In this document: piece after piece, positions 54,227-64,000 of the stretch
How the letters are laid out: every line of letters begins with the position of its first letter
How positions within the stretch are numbered: the first letter of the stretch is position 1
DNA from: Candidatus Krumholzibacteriota bacterium
GTDB taxonomy: Bacteria; Krumholzibacteriota; Krumholzibacteriia; JAJRXK01
NCBI GenBank assembly: GCA_963764625.1
Contig: CAVXTH010000009.1
Location: 992,001-1,056,000 of the forward strand
Length of the DNA stretch: 64,000 nt
Reading direction: 5' to 3'
Notes under the pieces: model-generated
Told to the model about the DNA's origin: nothing
The model's input: only the letters and a program-made list of their open reading frames with translations
The model's database searches: none
Made by a program: the position numbers and the translations under genes

Positions 54227-55258
54227 ATGCTCCACGCCGCGCGCCGCATCGGGTTGTCGTTCCTCGTCCTCTTGCCGCTTGCGCTCAAGGGACCCGCGGC
54301 GTACGAGTGGCTTTTTGGGAGGGCAAATGGAGCCGACGGCGCGGTGGCCGCGTGGAGCTCCTTGATCCTGGCTCTCCTTCTGCTTTTGGGGCCGCGCGTG
54401 GATCCCGCGTCGTGGTGGTCCAAGGCCTGGGCCGATACCTCTGCCCGTATCGGACTTTCGCTGATCGCGTTTCTCCTCCTGGTCGCTCTGTTGGCTCCCC
54501 TTCTGTCCGCCTACGACCCCACGGAACTGGGAGTCCCGGTGGTCTCACGTTTTTTGTCTCCTTCGGCGCGCCACCTCATGGGAACCGACCTCTTGGGGCG
54601 GGACCTCTACAGCCGGGTCGTCTACGGGGCGCGGATCTCCCTCTTCATCGGCGTGGCCAGTGTTTCCACCTCGGTCCTTTTGGGAATTCTGGTGGGAGCC
54701 TCGGCCGGGTTCCTGGGTGGATTCGCCGATAGCGTTCTCATGCGCTTCACCGATTTCATGCTGGCGTTCCCGCGGCTCTTTCTCATTCTCGCGCTCATGG
54801 CCGTGTTCTCACCCTCGACCTGGCTCGTGGTGCTGGTTCTGGGCACGACCGGGTGGATGGGCGTGGCGCGCGTGGTGCGGGGAGGAGTGCTCCAGGTACT
54901 CGGGATGGACTTCGTGGAGGCGGGACGGGCGCTGGGAATACCGCGCGCGCGCTTGCTGCTTCGCCACGTGCTGCCCTCGGCCATGGCCCCCGTCATCGTG
55001 GCGGCCACTCTTCGGGTGGGCAATGCCATCCTGGCCGAGAGTTTCCTGAGCTTTCTCGGCCTGGGGGTGCAGCCCCCGGCCGTGAGTTGGGGCCAACTCA
55101 TCGGACAAGGGCGGGATACGCTCTTGACGGCGTGGTGGATCTCGACCTTTCCTGGGCTTGCCATCACCCTGACCGTCATCGGATTCAACCTGCTCGGTGA
55201 TGGTCTGCGCGACCTCAACGACCCCCGCTTGATCGTGAAATCGAGTTCGAGGCCATGA
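54227..55258 (+). CDS. Peptide ABC transporter permease (DppC/OppC-like)
   Basis: HLMGTDLLGRDLYSRVVYGARISL, FVEAGRALG, LSFLGLGVQPP, NLLGDGLRD. Confidence 0.92.
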   Translation: MLHAARRIGLSFLVLLPLALKGPAAYEWLFGRANGADGAVAAWSSLILALLLLLGPRVDPASWWSKAWADTSARIGLSLIAFLLLVALLAPLLSAYDPTELGVPVVSRFLSPSARHLMGTDLLGRDLYSRVVYGARISLFIGVASVSTSVLLGILVGASAGFLGGFADSVLMRFTDFMLAFPRLFLILALMAVFSPSTWLVVLVLGTTGWMGVARVVRGGVLQVLGMDFVEAGRALGIPRARLLLRHVLPSAMAPVIVAATLRVGNAILAESFLSFLGLGVQPPAVSWGQLIGQGRDTLLTAWWISTFPGLAITLTVIGFNLLGDGLRDLNDPRLIVKSSSRP

Positions 55259-56265
55259 ACGAAACCCTCCTGCAACTCGAGGACCTCAGAGCGGCCTTCT
55301 TTAGCGAGGCCGGCACGGCGATGGCGGTCGACGGGGTGAGCCTGCGGGTGCACAAGGGAAGCACTCTGGGGCTGGTCGGGGAATCGGGCTGTGGCAAGAG
55401 CGCGCTCGCGCTCTCGATTCTGCGCCTTCTTCCGGCCCCTTCGGGTCGGGTCATCTCCGGACGCGTTCTCTTCTCGGGTCGTGATCTCCTGCAACTGAAG
55501 GAGGCCGAGCTGCGTAAGGTGCGCGGCAAGGAGATCGGTATCGTCTTCCAGGAACCCATGACGAGCCTCAATCCGGTCTATCCCTGCGGCGAGCAGGTCG
55601 CGGAGGTCTTGCGACTGCACGAGGGCCTGTCGCGCAAGCAGGCCAAGACGCGCGCGATCGAGCTCTTCGATTCGGTGGGGATCCCCGATCCCGTGCGGCG
55701 GGTGGACGACTACCCGTACCAGCTCTCGGGGGGCATGCGGCAGCGGGTGATGATTGCCATGGCCATCGCGTGCCGACCCAAGCTACTCATCGCGGACGAG
55801 CCGACCACCGCCCTCGATCTGACCATTCAGAGCCAGATCCTGCAGCTCCTGGACAGACTCCAATCGGAGCTGGGCATGAGTCTTCTGCACATCACGCACG
55901 ATCTGGCGGTGCTGGCCCAGAGCGCGCACGAAGTCGCCGTGATGTACGCCGGACGCCTGGTGGAATTGGCGCCGGCCGACACGATCTTCGAGCGACCGGC
56001 CCACCCCTACACGCTGGGGCTTCTCGCGTGCCGCCCGGAAGGGGTTCTGCCCTCGGGCCGCTTGCGCGTGATCGGCGGCAGCGTGCCCGATCCCATGCAG
56101 CGAAGCGCCGGCTGCCGATTCGCGCCCCGCTGTCCTTTCGCGAAGGAGCACTGCCGTGAGGAATCCCCTCCCATGACCGCGGTGGAGGAGGGTCACGAAG
56201 TCGCGTGCTTCGAGGCCGAGCGCGTGCGCGAGGAGGGGAGGTGGCCCGATGAGCGAGCGAACTGA
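55255..56265 (+). CDS. Peptide ABC transporter ATPase (DppD/OppD-like)
   Basis: [25 protein letters not shown]-terminal CRFAPRC Fe-S motif. Confidence 0.94.
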   Translation: MNETLLQLEDLRAAFFSEAGTAMAVDGVSLRVHKGSTLGLVGESGCGKSALALSILRLLPAPSGRVISGRVLFSGRDLLQLKEAELRKVRGKEIGIVFQEPMTSLNPVYPCGEQVAEVLRLHEGLSRKQAKTRAIELFDSVGIPDPVRRVDDYPYQLSGGMRQRVMIAMAIACRPKLLIADEPTTALDLTIQSQILQLLDRLQSELGMSLLHITHDLAVLAQSAHEVAVMYAGRLVELAPADTIFERPAHPYTLGLLACRPEGVLPSGRLRVIGGSVPDPMQRSAGCRFAPRCPFAKEHCREESPPMTAVEEGHEVACFEAERVREEGRWPDERAN

Positions 56266-57262
56266 AATGGGGCCCCTCTTGAGGGTGAGAGGGCTCACGA
56301 AGCACTTCGCCCCGCGACCTTCTCTCTTTGCGGGTTCTCGCGAACCCCTGCGCGCGGTGGAGGGGATCGATCTGACCCTGCACCGCGGTGAAACCCTCGG
56401 CCTGGTGGGCGAATCCGGGTGTGGGAAGAGCACCACCGCCCGCTGCATTCTCCGTCTGCTGGAGGCCACTGCGGGCGAAATCGAGGTGAAGGGAGTCGAC
56501 GTGCGCCGCCTCCGCGGCCAAGAGCTACGCCGATTCCGCCGTCACATGCAGATCGTCTTTCAGGATCCCTACGGGAGTCTGAACCCGCGCTTCACGGTGG
56601 GGCAGGCGCTCGAGGAGGCGCTTCTGGTCCATGGAATGGGCACCGCCGCGGAGCGAGGCGAGAGGGTGCGGGCGATGCTCGCGCGCGTCGGTCTCGCGCA
56701 GGAGCACCTGGGGCGCTACCCGCACGAGTTCAGTGGGGGACAGAGGCAACGGGTGGGGATCGCGCGTGCGCTCATCCTGAGTCCCGAACTGGTGATCGCG
56801 GACGAGCCGGTCTCGGCGTTGGATCTGAGCGTGCAGGCGCAGATTCTCAATCTCTTGCGGGATCTCCAGGAGGAAATGAACCTGGGCTATCTGTTCATCG
56901 CGCACGATCTGGCAGTGGTGGAGCACATGAGTCACCGCGTCGCGGTGATGTACGCGGGTCGCATCGTCGAGGAGGGACCGACGCACGAGATCATGCGCGC
57001 GCCCAAGCACCCCTACACGCGCGCCTTGCTCGCGGCGGCCCCCCGCATCGAAGCCAAACCGCGCGCGGAAACGGTCGCGGTGGTGCAGGGCGACGCACCC
57101 AGCGCACGGCGGCGTCCCAGCGGATGCCCCTTTCACCCGCGTTGCCCCGAGTTCCGGCCCGAATGTGCGCGTTTTCGCCCCGAACTGTCGCCGCCCGAGG
57201 GCTCCCACCGCGTCGCCTGCTGGATCTACGACTCGCCGCCCTCCTCGTCAGTGTCCCAATAG
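56249..57262 (+). CDS. Peptide ABC transporter ATPase (DppF/OppF-like)
   Basis: [33 protein letters not shown]. Confidence 0.94.
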   Translation: MSERTEMGPLLRVRGLTKHFAPRPSLFAGSREPLRAVEGIDLTLHRGETLGLVGESGCGKSTTARCILRLLEATAGEIEVKGVDVRRLRGQELRRFRRHMQIVFQDPYGSLNPRFTVGQALEEALLVHGMGTAAERGERVRAMLARVGLAQEHLGRYPHEFSGGQRQRVGIARALILSPELVIADEPVSALDLSVQAQILNLLRDLQEEMNLGYLFIAHDLAVVEHMSHRVAVMYAGRIVEEGPTHEIMRAPKHPYTRALLAAAPRIEAKPRAETVAVVQGDAPSARRRPSGCPFHPRCPEFRPECARFRPELSPPEGSHRVACWIYDSPPSSSVSQ

Positions 57263-57298
57263 AGTGTCCCATAAGAGCTTAGCGCGCCAACGGCGGGG

Positions 57299-57327
57299 TT
57301 GACTCGATTCCACCCGCCCCGTATATT
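57299..57327 (+). promoter_or_regulatory. Putative sigma70 promoter of the TBDR-CTD-PorV operon
   Basis: TTGACT (57299-57304), 17 bp spacer, TATATT (57322-57327). Confidence 0.7.
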
Positions 57328-57646
57328 TCGCACGTCACATCAGAGGTGCCTGATGTTGTGGCTTTTCCTGATCCCCTGGACTTGCCGGGCCCTTCGAGCC
57401 CGGCTCGTGCTTGGGATTCACGGGTGGAGGCTCCACTCAGCCGGATCCTTCAGGGGGAGCTGCGGATCAGGGGTGTCGTCAGTTTTAACCCCGCACTCTG
57501 TGTTTCGCACCCGCACCGGCCCGGGTGTCAGCGCGTTACCCCTGCGCGCTCGTGAGCCGAATGGGTCGTGTGCCGGGGTGTGTGGCGCATCCCCACGCTG
57601 GACTGTGGAGTTGTTCTCCACCGAGAGAACACCAAGGAGTACCGTC

Positions 57647-60600
57647 ATGTTCCATCGGTCACTCGGTCGCGGGTCGTCACTCGTCCTAGCATTGATCTTA
57701 TGGGTCTGCGCCCTTCCGGCTCACGCACAGAATACCGGCGGCATTTCCGGCACCATTCGCAACGGAGAGACCAAAGAACTCTTGGACTACGCCAACGTGG
57801 TGGTGACACGGGACAGCGACAAAGCGCAGTGGGGGACCATGTCGCTAGGTGGTGGACGCTTCTTTCTGCGCGACCTGCCGGCCGGAGACTACACCATCAG
57901 CATTCTGTATTTGGGTTACAAGAAGGTCACGCAGCCGGTGACGGTGGTCGCCGGAAAATCCGTGACCCTGGATTTCGATCTGGAAGTGACGGTGGTGAAG
58001 ACCTTCGACGAATTCGTGGTCGAGGGGCAGGCCGTCATGGTCGAGGTGAAGGAAACCGAATTCACCCAAAACGTGCATGCCGAGGATCTGACCGACTACG
58101 CGGTGGATTCGGTCGAGGAAGCGGTGGCCCAACAGGCGGGAATCGTGGCCCGCGGCGGCGAGTTGTACGTCCGCGGGGGCCGCTCCGGTGAGCTCTCCTT
58201 TCGGATCGACGGAGTGGCGGTGGACGACCCGCTCGGCGGGGGATCGATGGGAGTCGGGAGCTTGGGGGTCGCAAACGTCGAGACGGTGACCGGTGGTCAG
58301 GATCCCGAGTACGGGAACGCGCTCTCCGGGGTCGTGAACGTCACCACCCGCGAGGGTGGAGACAAGTTCGAGGCGCGCTTCCGTTATCTCACCGACGACT
58401 TCGGCCGCCAGGACCGCACCTACACCAATTTCGACCGCTTCGAGTTCGCGTTCGGTGGTCCGACGGGGATCCCGCGCCTGACCTACTTCGTCAACGGCGA
58501 CCTCTCCTTCACGGACAACGAGAACTACAACCGCGCTAATCGCCCCGAGAGCGAAGTGAAACTGCTGGGAGTGACCCTGTGGAAGTGGCGGCGCCGGCAG
58601 ACCAATCAGGGGCGGGGCTCGGTCAAGCTGGCCTACCGCTTCGACGATGCGGGCGCGCGCAAGATCACGGCGGAGGTCACGACCAATTTCACCCGGAGTG
58701 ATCCCTATCTGCCGAACTGGGACGTGCAGGGCTATGCGCAGAAGATTCTCACCATGCCCGAAATCGAATCGGTCTCGGGAAGCTACCGCTTCTCTGGCCG
58801 TACGCGCCGCGTGTATTACGGCCCCTGGGTGCAGAACATGCAGCGCATGGCCCATACGGTACGCGTCGCGGTGGATCGCGGTGAGGGCACTTTCTACGAG
58901 CCCATGGCGGTGCTGCAATTGCGCGATACCCGCGGCAGCACCTTCCTCGCCGCCGCGCAACCCCAATTCGAGGGCTTCCAGTACCCGGTGTCCAGCTTCT
59001 CCACCGTTCAGGAAGATTCGTCCTACGTCGACTTCAACTCGGCGGATCGGGGACCGGAAAGCAAGCGCTGGAGCACGCAGGCGAAGGTGGTGTGGCGCCA
59101 CGCGCTCAACGACACCGACTTCTACACCCTTCGTCTCGCGCGTCTGGAGTTCAACAGCTTCAACTCGGTAGCGGGGGACCTCTTGCCCTACGAGTTCAAT
59201 CACGGGGGAATCGACGGGCCGGGTACCTTCTTCGGCACTCAGCCCTCGTATCAGATCAGCACCGACTTCGCGACCGATCAGGACAACCCCTTTCTGGTCA
59301 CCTCGGGCGACTACTACGTATACCGGGACCAAAAGACGGTCCAGTACACGAGCAAGTTCGACATCACGAGCACACGCTACAAGGGACACAAGATCAAGAG
59401 CGGCTTCAAGGTTCTCTACAACGATCTCAGGGACAAGAACCTGTCCAGCCCGGCCGTGGAGCGCCAGGACCGGCTCACCGGGGGGTTCTCGCAGGGGAGC
59501 AACCGCAACGTGTTCCACAGCTTTAACCCCGAGGCCTCCTACTACCTGCAGGACCGCTGGGAGCACGAGGGCATGGTGGTCAACGGTGGATTCCGTTGGG
59601 ACATGTTCTCGCCCGGTTCCGCCGCCACCATCCAACTCGGCAACGAGGGCGTCGATCGCAACGTCTTGAAGTACAAGACCGCGTTCAGCCCCCGCATTGG
59701 ATTCGCATTCCCCATCACGGATCGCGACGCGTTCCACTTCCACTACGGGCGCTTTATCCAGTTCCCCGAGCGCGACGTGCTCTTCGCCAGCCAGGACGCG
59801 ATCGGGAACCAGGGATCGCTGGGAAATCCGAATCTGCAGTCCATGTTGACCATCGCCTACCAGGCGGGAATCCGGCGGCAGTTCAACGACTATCTCGCCG
59901 GTCAGATGGTAGTCTACTGGAAGGACATCTACGGGTTGATCGCGACGACCACCGTGACCGACGAGACGACGGGGAACACCCTGCGGCGCTACATCAACAA
60001 GGCCTTCGCCAATGCCCGCGGACTCGAGCTCACCCTGGACAAGCGCTATAGCAACCGCTGGAGCATGAAGTTGGCCTACACCTTCGCGTTCGCCGACGGG
60101 GTTGCGAGTGACCAGGCTTTTGGTTCGAATCCCGAAGGATTGGAGTTCATTCCCAACCAGGAGTTGCCACTCAACTGGGACCGGCGTCACAGTCTTCACC
60201 TGGGGCTTCGAGTTCAGGAACCCAACGTCTGGGCGGCCAGTATGACTTTCGATTACGGTACTGGTTTTCCCTGGACCCCGGTGTTCCGTTTCGAGAAGAA
60301 GATCGACCCGCTCTGACGAGAACAGCCGGCGCCACCCCGACGAGTATGACCTGAGTCTGCAGGCCGAACGGCACGTGAATGTCTACGGCCAGAAGGTGAC
60401 GCTTTTCCTGCAGGGTCTGAACCTGATCAATCAAGACATCGTGGCCACCCAGGCGCCCTTCGTGGCCCCGGTGGCGCCTAACGCAACGACCGCCTACACG
60501 GCCTACCTGACCGACACGGGCAAATATGGAGGAGCGCTGCTGTACGACGTGGATGGGAGCGGCCGGAACGACTACGTCCCGGTCAACGACCCGCGCGTCT

Positions 60601-60647
60601 TTCGGCAGCACCGCATCTTCCGCGTGGGACTCGGATGGCAATTCTAA
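57647..60647 (+). CDS. TonB-dependent receptor (~1000 aa) with an N-terminal carboxypeptidase-regulatory-like domain; apparent +1 frameshift at ~60314
   Basis: AAGGAG RBS, signal peptide ending AHA-Q, plug motifs LYVRGGRSGE..IDG and EYGNALSGVVNVTTREG, FSPRIGFAFPITD, GNPNL, ARGLEL. The C-terminal beta-signal RVGLGWQF is in ORF 60375..60647. Confidence 0.9.
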
Positions 60648-60682
60648 CTCGACAAGCGGGTCGCCGAAGGAGGCTTGTGAGC

Positions 60683-63419
60683 ATGTGGTTCCTTGCCACT
60701 CGTGAAGAGATCGACTGGTGGCGTCGAGTTCTCTGGCTTCTTGTGCTTGCCGGTGCCCTGCTGAGCGCGAACGTTGTGGTGGCCCGGTACGACGGACCCG
60801 AGATCATCGACCTAGGCAAGGATGCGCAGGGAACCTACACGATCTTGGGCAACTTCGTGATGAACGTCGGACAGGCGCAATGCAACATCACGAACTTCGG
60901 GCTGATCGGTTCGCAGCCGGGTTTCCGCCGAAGCTACTCGGACGCGCCTTCGATGATGTGGCCCGCGGGGAGCGGTGTGGACTATCTCTGGTCGGCCGGT
61001 CTCTGGTTCGGCGCGATCAAGAACGGCGTGCCGGCCGTCTCGACAGGACAGTACGAAACCGAGTTTCGTCCAGACGCCCAGGACCCTCTGGCCACCATCT
61101 TTACGATGAAGCAAGGGGATCCCGGAGGCGCGCGTTACCCCGATCCCAACGAGGATGACGACAAGGACGGCTTGATCAACGAAGATCCCAAGAACGGGAT
61201 CGACGACGATGGCGACGGGAAGATCGACGAGGATTTCGAGGCGATCGGCAACCAGCATTTCCGCTGCGTCTACTCCGACTATTCCCCCCAGGCCATCGAG
61301 ACCTATCCCGACCACGAGCCTTTGTACATCGACGTGGTGCAGGAGACCTTCCAGTGGGAGGACGAAGCGGTCGACGATTTCGTCGGGTTCCAGTTCACCA
61401 TCACCAACACAGGCGTGTCTCCACTCGACGACATCTATCTGGGGTTCTTCGCCGACCCGGACTGTGGCCCCCGTGGCGGCGTGCAGATCGCCAACGACGA
61501 CTTGCCCGGCTTCTGGGCCGGAACGGTCCGCGCGCCGGACGGGTCGTACGTCCCGCTCGCCATTGCCTATCAATATGACGACGACGGCGACGCGGGGAAG
61601 ACTCCGGGTTTCTTCGGAATGTTCTTCCTCAATCACGACACCGATCCCACCGGGGAGAAAGCGCCCAAGCAGGTTGGCATCACCTCCTTCCAGAATTTCA
61701 GTGGAAGTGCGACTTTCGATCGCGGCGGGGATCCCACCAATGACTCTGAGCGCTACGATCTCATGTCGCGCAAGGCCATCGACTCCACTCCCCAGATCGG
61801 GCAGGGTCGAGGCAACGATTATCGCATTCTGTTGGCGACCGGGCCGTTCGCCGGTCTCGAGCCTCAGCAGAGTATCGAGTTCCAGGCGGCCTTCGTGATC
61901 GGGGATGGATTCGAGGGGATGCGACGGAACGCAGTCCAGGCGGCGCTGACCTACTTGGGGGCCGACTTCGACCGGGACGGAAACCGGGACACTGGAATCA
62001 AGGGCCGCGAATCCAAGATCTGCATCGACGACTTCGGGCCTCGGGGAGCCTCGAACCCCATCTTCAGTCTCTTTGTCGACTGCACCGACAGTCTTACCAT
62101 CGTCCAGGGGCGGGCGATCCTCATCGAGACCAAGGATCTCGACGATGACGGCTGCATCTACATCGATGCCGACTGCGATTTCGAGCGCGCGCGTACTGGG
62201 CAGGACATTCGTGGCTTGACCGAGAATCCCTGTCTGCAGGACGGGGAGGGTGTCGACAACGCCTACCTGGCCGGCTGCACCGGGGTGTTGGGCAAGGAAT
62301 ACCGCCAAGATTGGCTCGTGGGTCTCGCCCCGTCGGCTCCCACGATGAGACTCTGGCAGACAAACAACCGCGTACACGTCTTCTTCAACAACAAGAGCGA
62401 ACTGGAAAAGGACGTGCGTCTGCAGAAGAAGGACTTCGAATCCTACCGGATCTGGCGCGCGGACAACTGGGACCGCCCCTATGGCTCATCGGTGGAGAAC
62501 GGGCCGGAGGCGCGGCTATGGAGGCTCATCGCGGAGTACGACCTGGTGGATAGTTTCACCACCGTTCGTTCGATCAGCAACGGACGCGACGAGGTGACGG
62601 AGAAACTTCCCTTGGGCGCGAACACCGGGCTCGATCCCATCCGCTATACGCCCTCAGTCAATCGTCCGGGCTCGTATGAAGCGGCCCAGTACAAGGATCT
62701 TTCCGCCCTGATCGATCAGATCCTCGCGGAGAACAAGCAGATTCTGAATCCGAGTTCAGGTGCTTCGTTACCGCAAGGCGGATGGCACCATCACCGCCAT
62801 CGGAATGGCGTACCCTCAGTTGGCGAACTGGGAGTGCTGCTACGACCAGGTCGACAGCCTGTATTGGTCCAAGCTCGATCCACCCGTCGAGTTCTACGAG
62901 TACGTCGATACGGACGTACACAACGGGATCTACTACTTCTATTCGGTGACCGCTTCTGACTTCACGGTGGATCAGTCGAAGACGGATCTAGTGCCCACGG
63001 GTCCCGGCCTAGTGGGAGATCCGCAGAGCAACTTTGCATTCGCGTCTCCGAAGTCGAATGCGCAAACTCCGGAGGAACGAAAGGCCAACGGAGCCAACAT
63101 CTACGTCGTGCCGAACCCGGCCACGAGGGAGTCACTCTCGGAGTTCAGTCAACTCTTTCCGAATGCCGACGATCCGACGGGGGTTCGCGTGGAATTTCGC
63201 AATCTCCCGAGATCGAAGAACACGGTGAAGATCTTCACCCTGTCCGGCGATCTGGTGACGGAAATTCCCCACGACGGGACTCTGGGTGACGGTTCCGTCT
63301 CCTGGAATCTGGTTTCGCGAAACGGTCAGGAAATCGTCAGTGGGATCTATCTGTACTCGGTGGAATCCGAGGACAACAAGTTCAATCGGGTGGTGGGGAA
63401 GTTTACCGTCATTCGTTAA
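60683..63419 (+). CDS. Secreted ~910 aa protein with Ca-binding DxDxDG repeats, an FN3-like domain and a C-terminal T9SS sorting (CTD/FlgD-Ig-like) domain; apparent +1 frameshift at ~62759
   Basis: AGGAGG RBS, signal peptide, NITNFGLIG..PSMMWPAGSG..LWSAGLWFGA, DDDKDGLINED/DDDGDGKIDED, DFESYRIWRA, NGIYYFYSVTASD, and C-terminus IYVVPNP..VKIFTLSGDLV..WNLVSRNGQEIVSGIYLY..GKFTVIR. Confidence 0.8.
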
Positions 63420-63483
63420 GTGCTCAAATTTGGGGCTCGAGAGTAGAGCTCTCGACCTGCTCTTTTGGAGCGGAGGTTGATCG

Positions 63484-64000
63484 ATGAAGCTGCGGAAAGT
63501 CCTCGTTCTATCTGCCCTGGGATTGAGCCTGTTGGCCACGCTTCCCGCTACGGCCCGCGCGGCCCAAGTCTTCGAGAAGGTGGGTACCTTTGGGGCTCAG
63601 TTCTTGAAGATCGGGGTGAGCGCCCGGGCTACCGCTCTCGGTTCGGCTTTCACCGCGATCGCGGACGACGCGACCGCCGTGTACTGGAATCCGGCCGGCA
63701 TCGTATCCATCCGAGGAAGCGAACTCACTCTCAATCAGACCATGTGGCCGGCCGACATCAAGCTCAGCTACGCGGCCTACGTCTTCAACCCCAGGAGCAT
63801 CCCCGGAACCTTCGCCATCAGCGCGCGCGCTCTCTGGATGGACCCCGAGCCGGAGAGAACCGCCTTCAAGCCCGAGGGCACGGGCCGCACCTTCGACAAC
63901 GGGATGAGTACGCTCGGTCTCACCTACAGTCGCTATTTCACGGACAAGTTTTCCGCCGGGTTTACCGGCTATTACCTGCACAGCGGACTCGCGGAGACTT
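63484..64000 (+). CDS. PorV/PorQ family outer-membrane beta-barrel (runs off the window edge)
   Basis: Not in the ORF track. Manual translation gives MKLRKVLVLSALGLSLLATLPATARAAQVFEKVGTFGAQFLKIGVSARATALGSAFTAIADDATAVYWNPAG, the PorV/FadL-like N-terminal signature. Confidence 0.85.
   Translation, partial: MKLRKVLVLSALGLSLLATLPATARAAQVFEKVGTFGAQFLKIGVSARATALGSAFTAIADDATAVYWNPAGIVSIRGSELTLNQTMWPADIKLSYAAYVFNPRSIPGTFAISARALWMDPEPERTAFKPEGTGRTFDNGMSTLGLTYSRYFTDKFSAGFTGYYLHSGLAET

Noticed and set aside
57340-57480. Cobalamin riboswitch upstream of the TBDR
   Set aside because: AGGTGCC is present, but I could not find the GGGAA, GCCACTG or B12-box elements. Kept only as an unclassified structured leader.
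9486-60199. Many long antisense or alternate-frame ORFs (for example 9486..11516, 25835..27910, 57845..60199)
   Set aside because: They overlap well-supported genes. Long shadow ORFs are expected from high-GC codon bias.
60311-60350. TGA at 60314 as selenocysteine or stop-codon readthrough in the TBDR
   Set aside because: The continuation lies in another frame and a second in-frame TGA follows, so a +1 indel explains it.
1-64000. CRISPR arrays, tRNA/rRNA genes, transposases, integrases, prophage or defence genes
   Set aside because: I saw no regularly spaced direct repeats, cloverleaf or rRNA signatures, or mobile-element ORFs. The window is almost fully accounted for by the listed genes.

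Overview
GC-rich bacterial chromosome segment from a diderm that encodes a type IX secretion system (T9SS). The sigma70-type TTGACA/TATAAT promoters and clear Shine-Dalgarno sites argue against Bacteroidota, so a high-GC FCB-group lineage such as Latescibacterota, Krumholzibacteriota or Eisenbacteria is my inference. Gene order: lptF/G (partial, minus); sprA and an M28 glutaminyl-cyclase-like gene; the rimP-nusA-L7Ae-infB-DUF503-rbfA-DHH-truB-ribF and rpsO-pnp-M16 housekeeping block; an alternative complex III (actA-G) + SCO + caa3 A2-type oxidase operon; a divergent pair of apparently catalytically dead enzymes (class I/II aminotransferase fold and polysaccharide deacetylase fold); a TPR/Zn-finger membrane protein + DUF4388 pair; asnS, a large TPR protein, uvrA, gcvT-H-PA-PB and a lipoate ligase; dppBCDF with no binding-protein gene; and finally a promoter with a ~310 nt structured leader driving a TonB-dependent receptor, a T9SS-CTD surface protein and a PorV-family barrel. 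Eleven single-base frameshifts (10 apparent insertions, 1 deletion) break otherwise intact genes and are most likely long-read consensus errors. I saw no tRNA, rRNA, CRISPR array or mobile element. The best candidates for undescribed biology are the SusD-free TBDR/CTD-cargo/PorV module with its leader RNA, and the pseudoenzyme pair next to the TPR-Zn/DUF4388 genes. All family assignments come from motif recognition by eye; no database searches were run.
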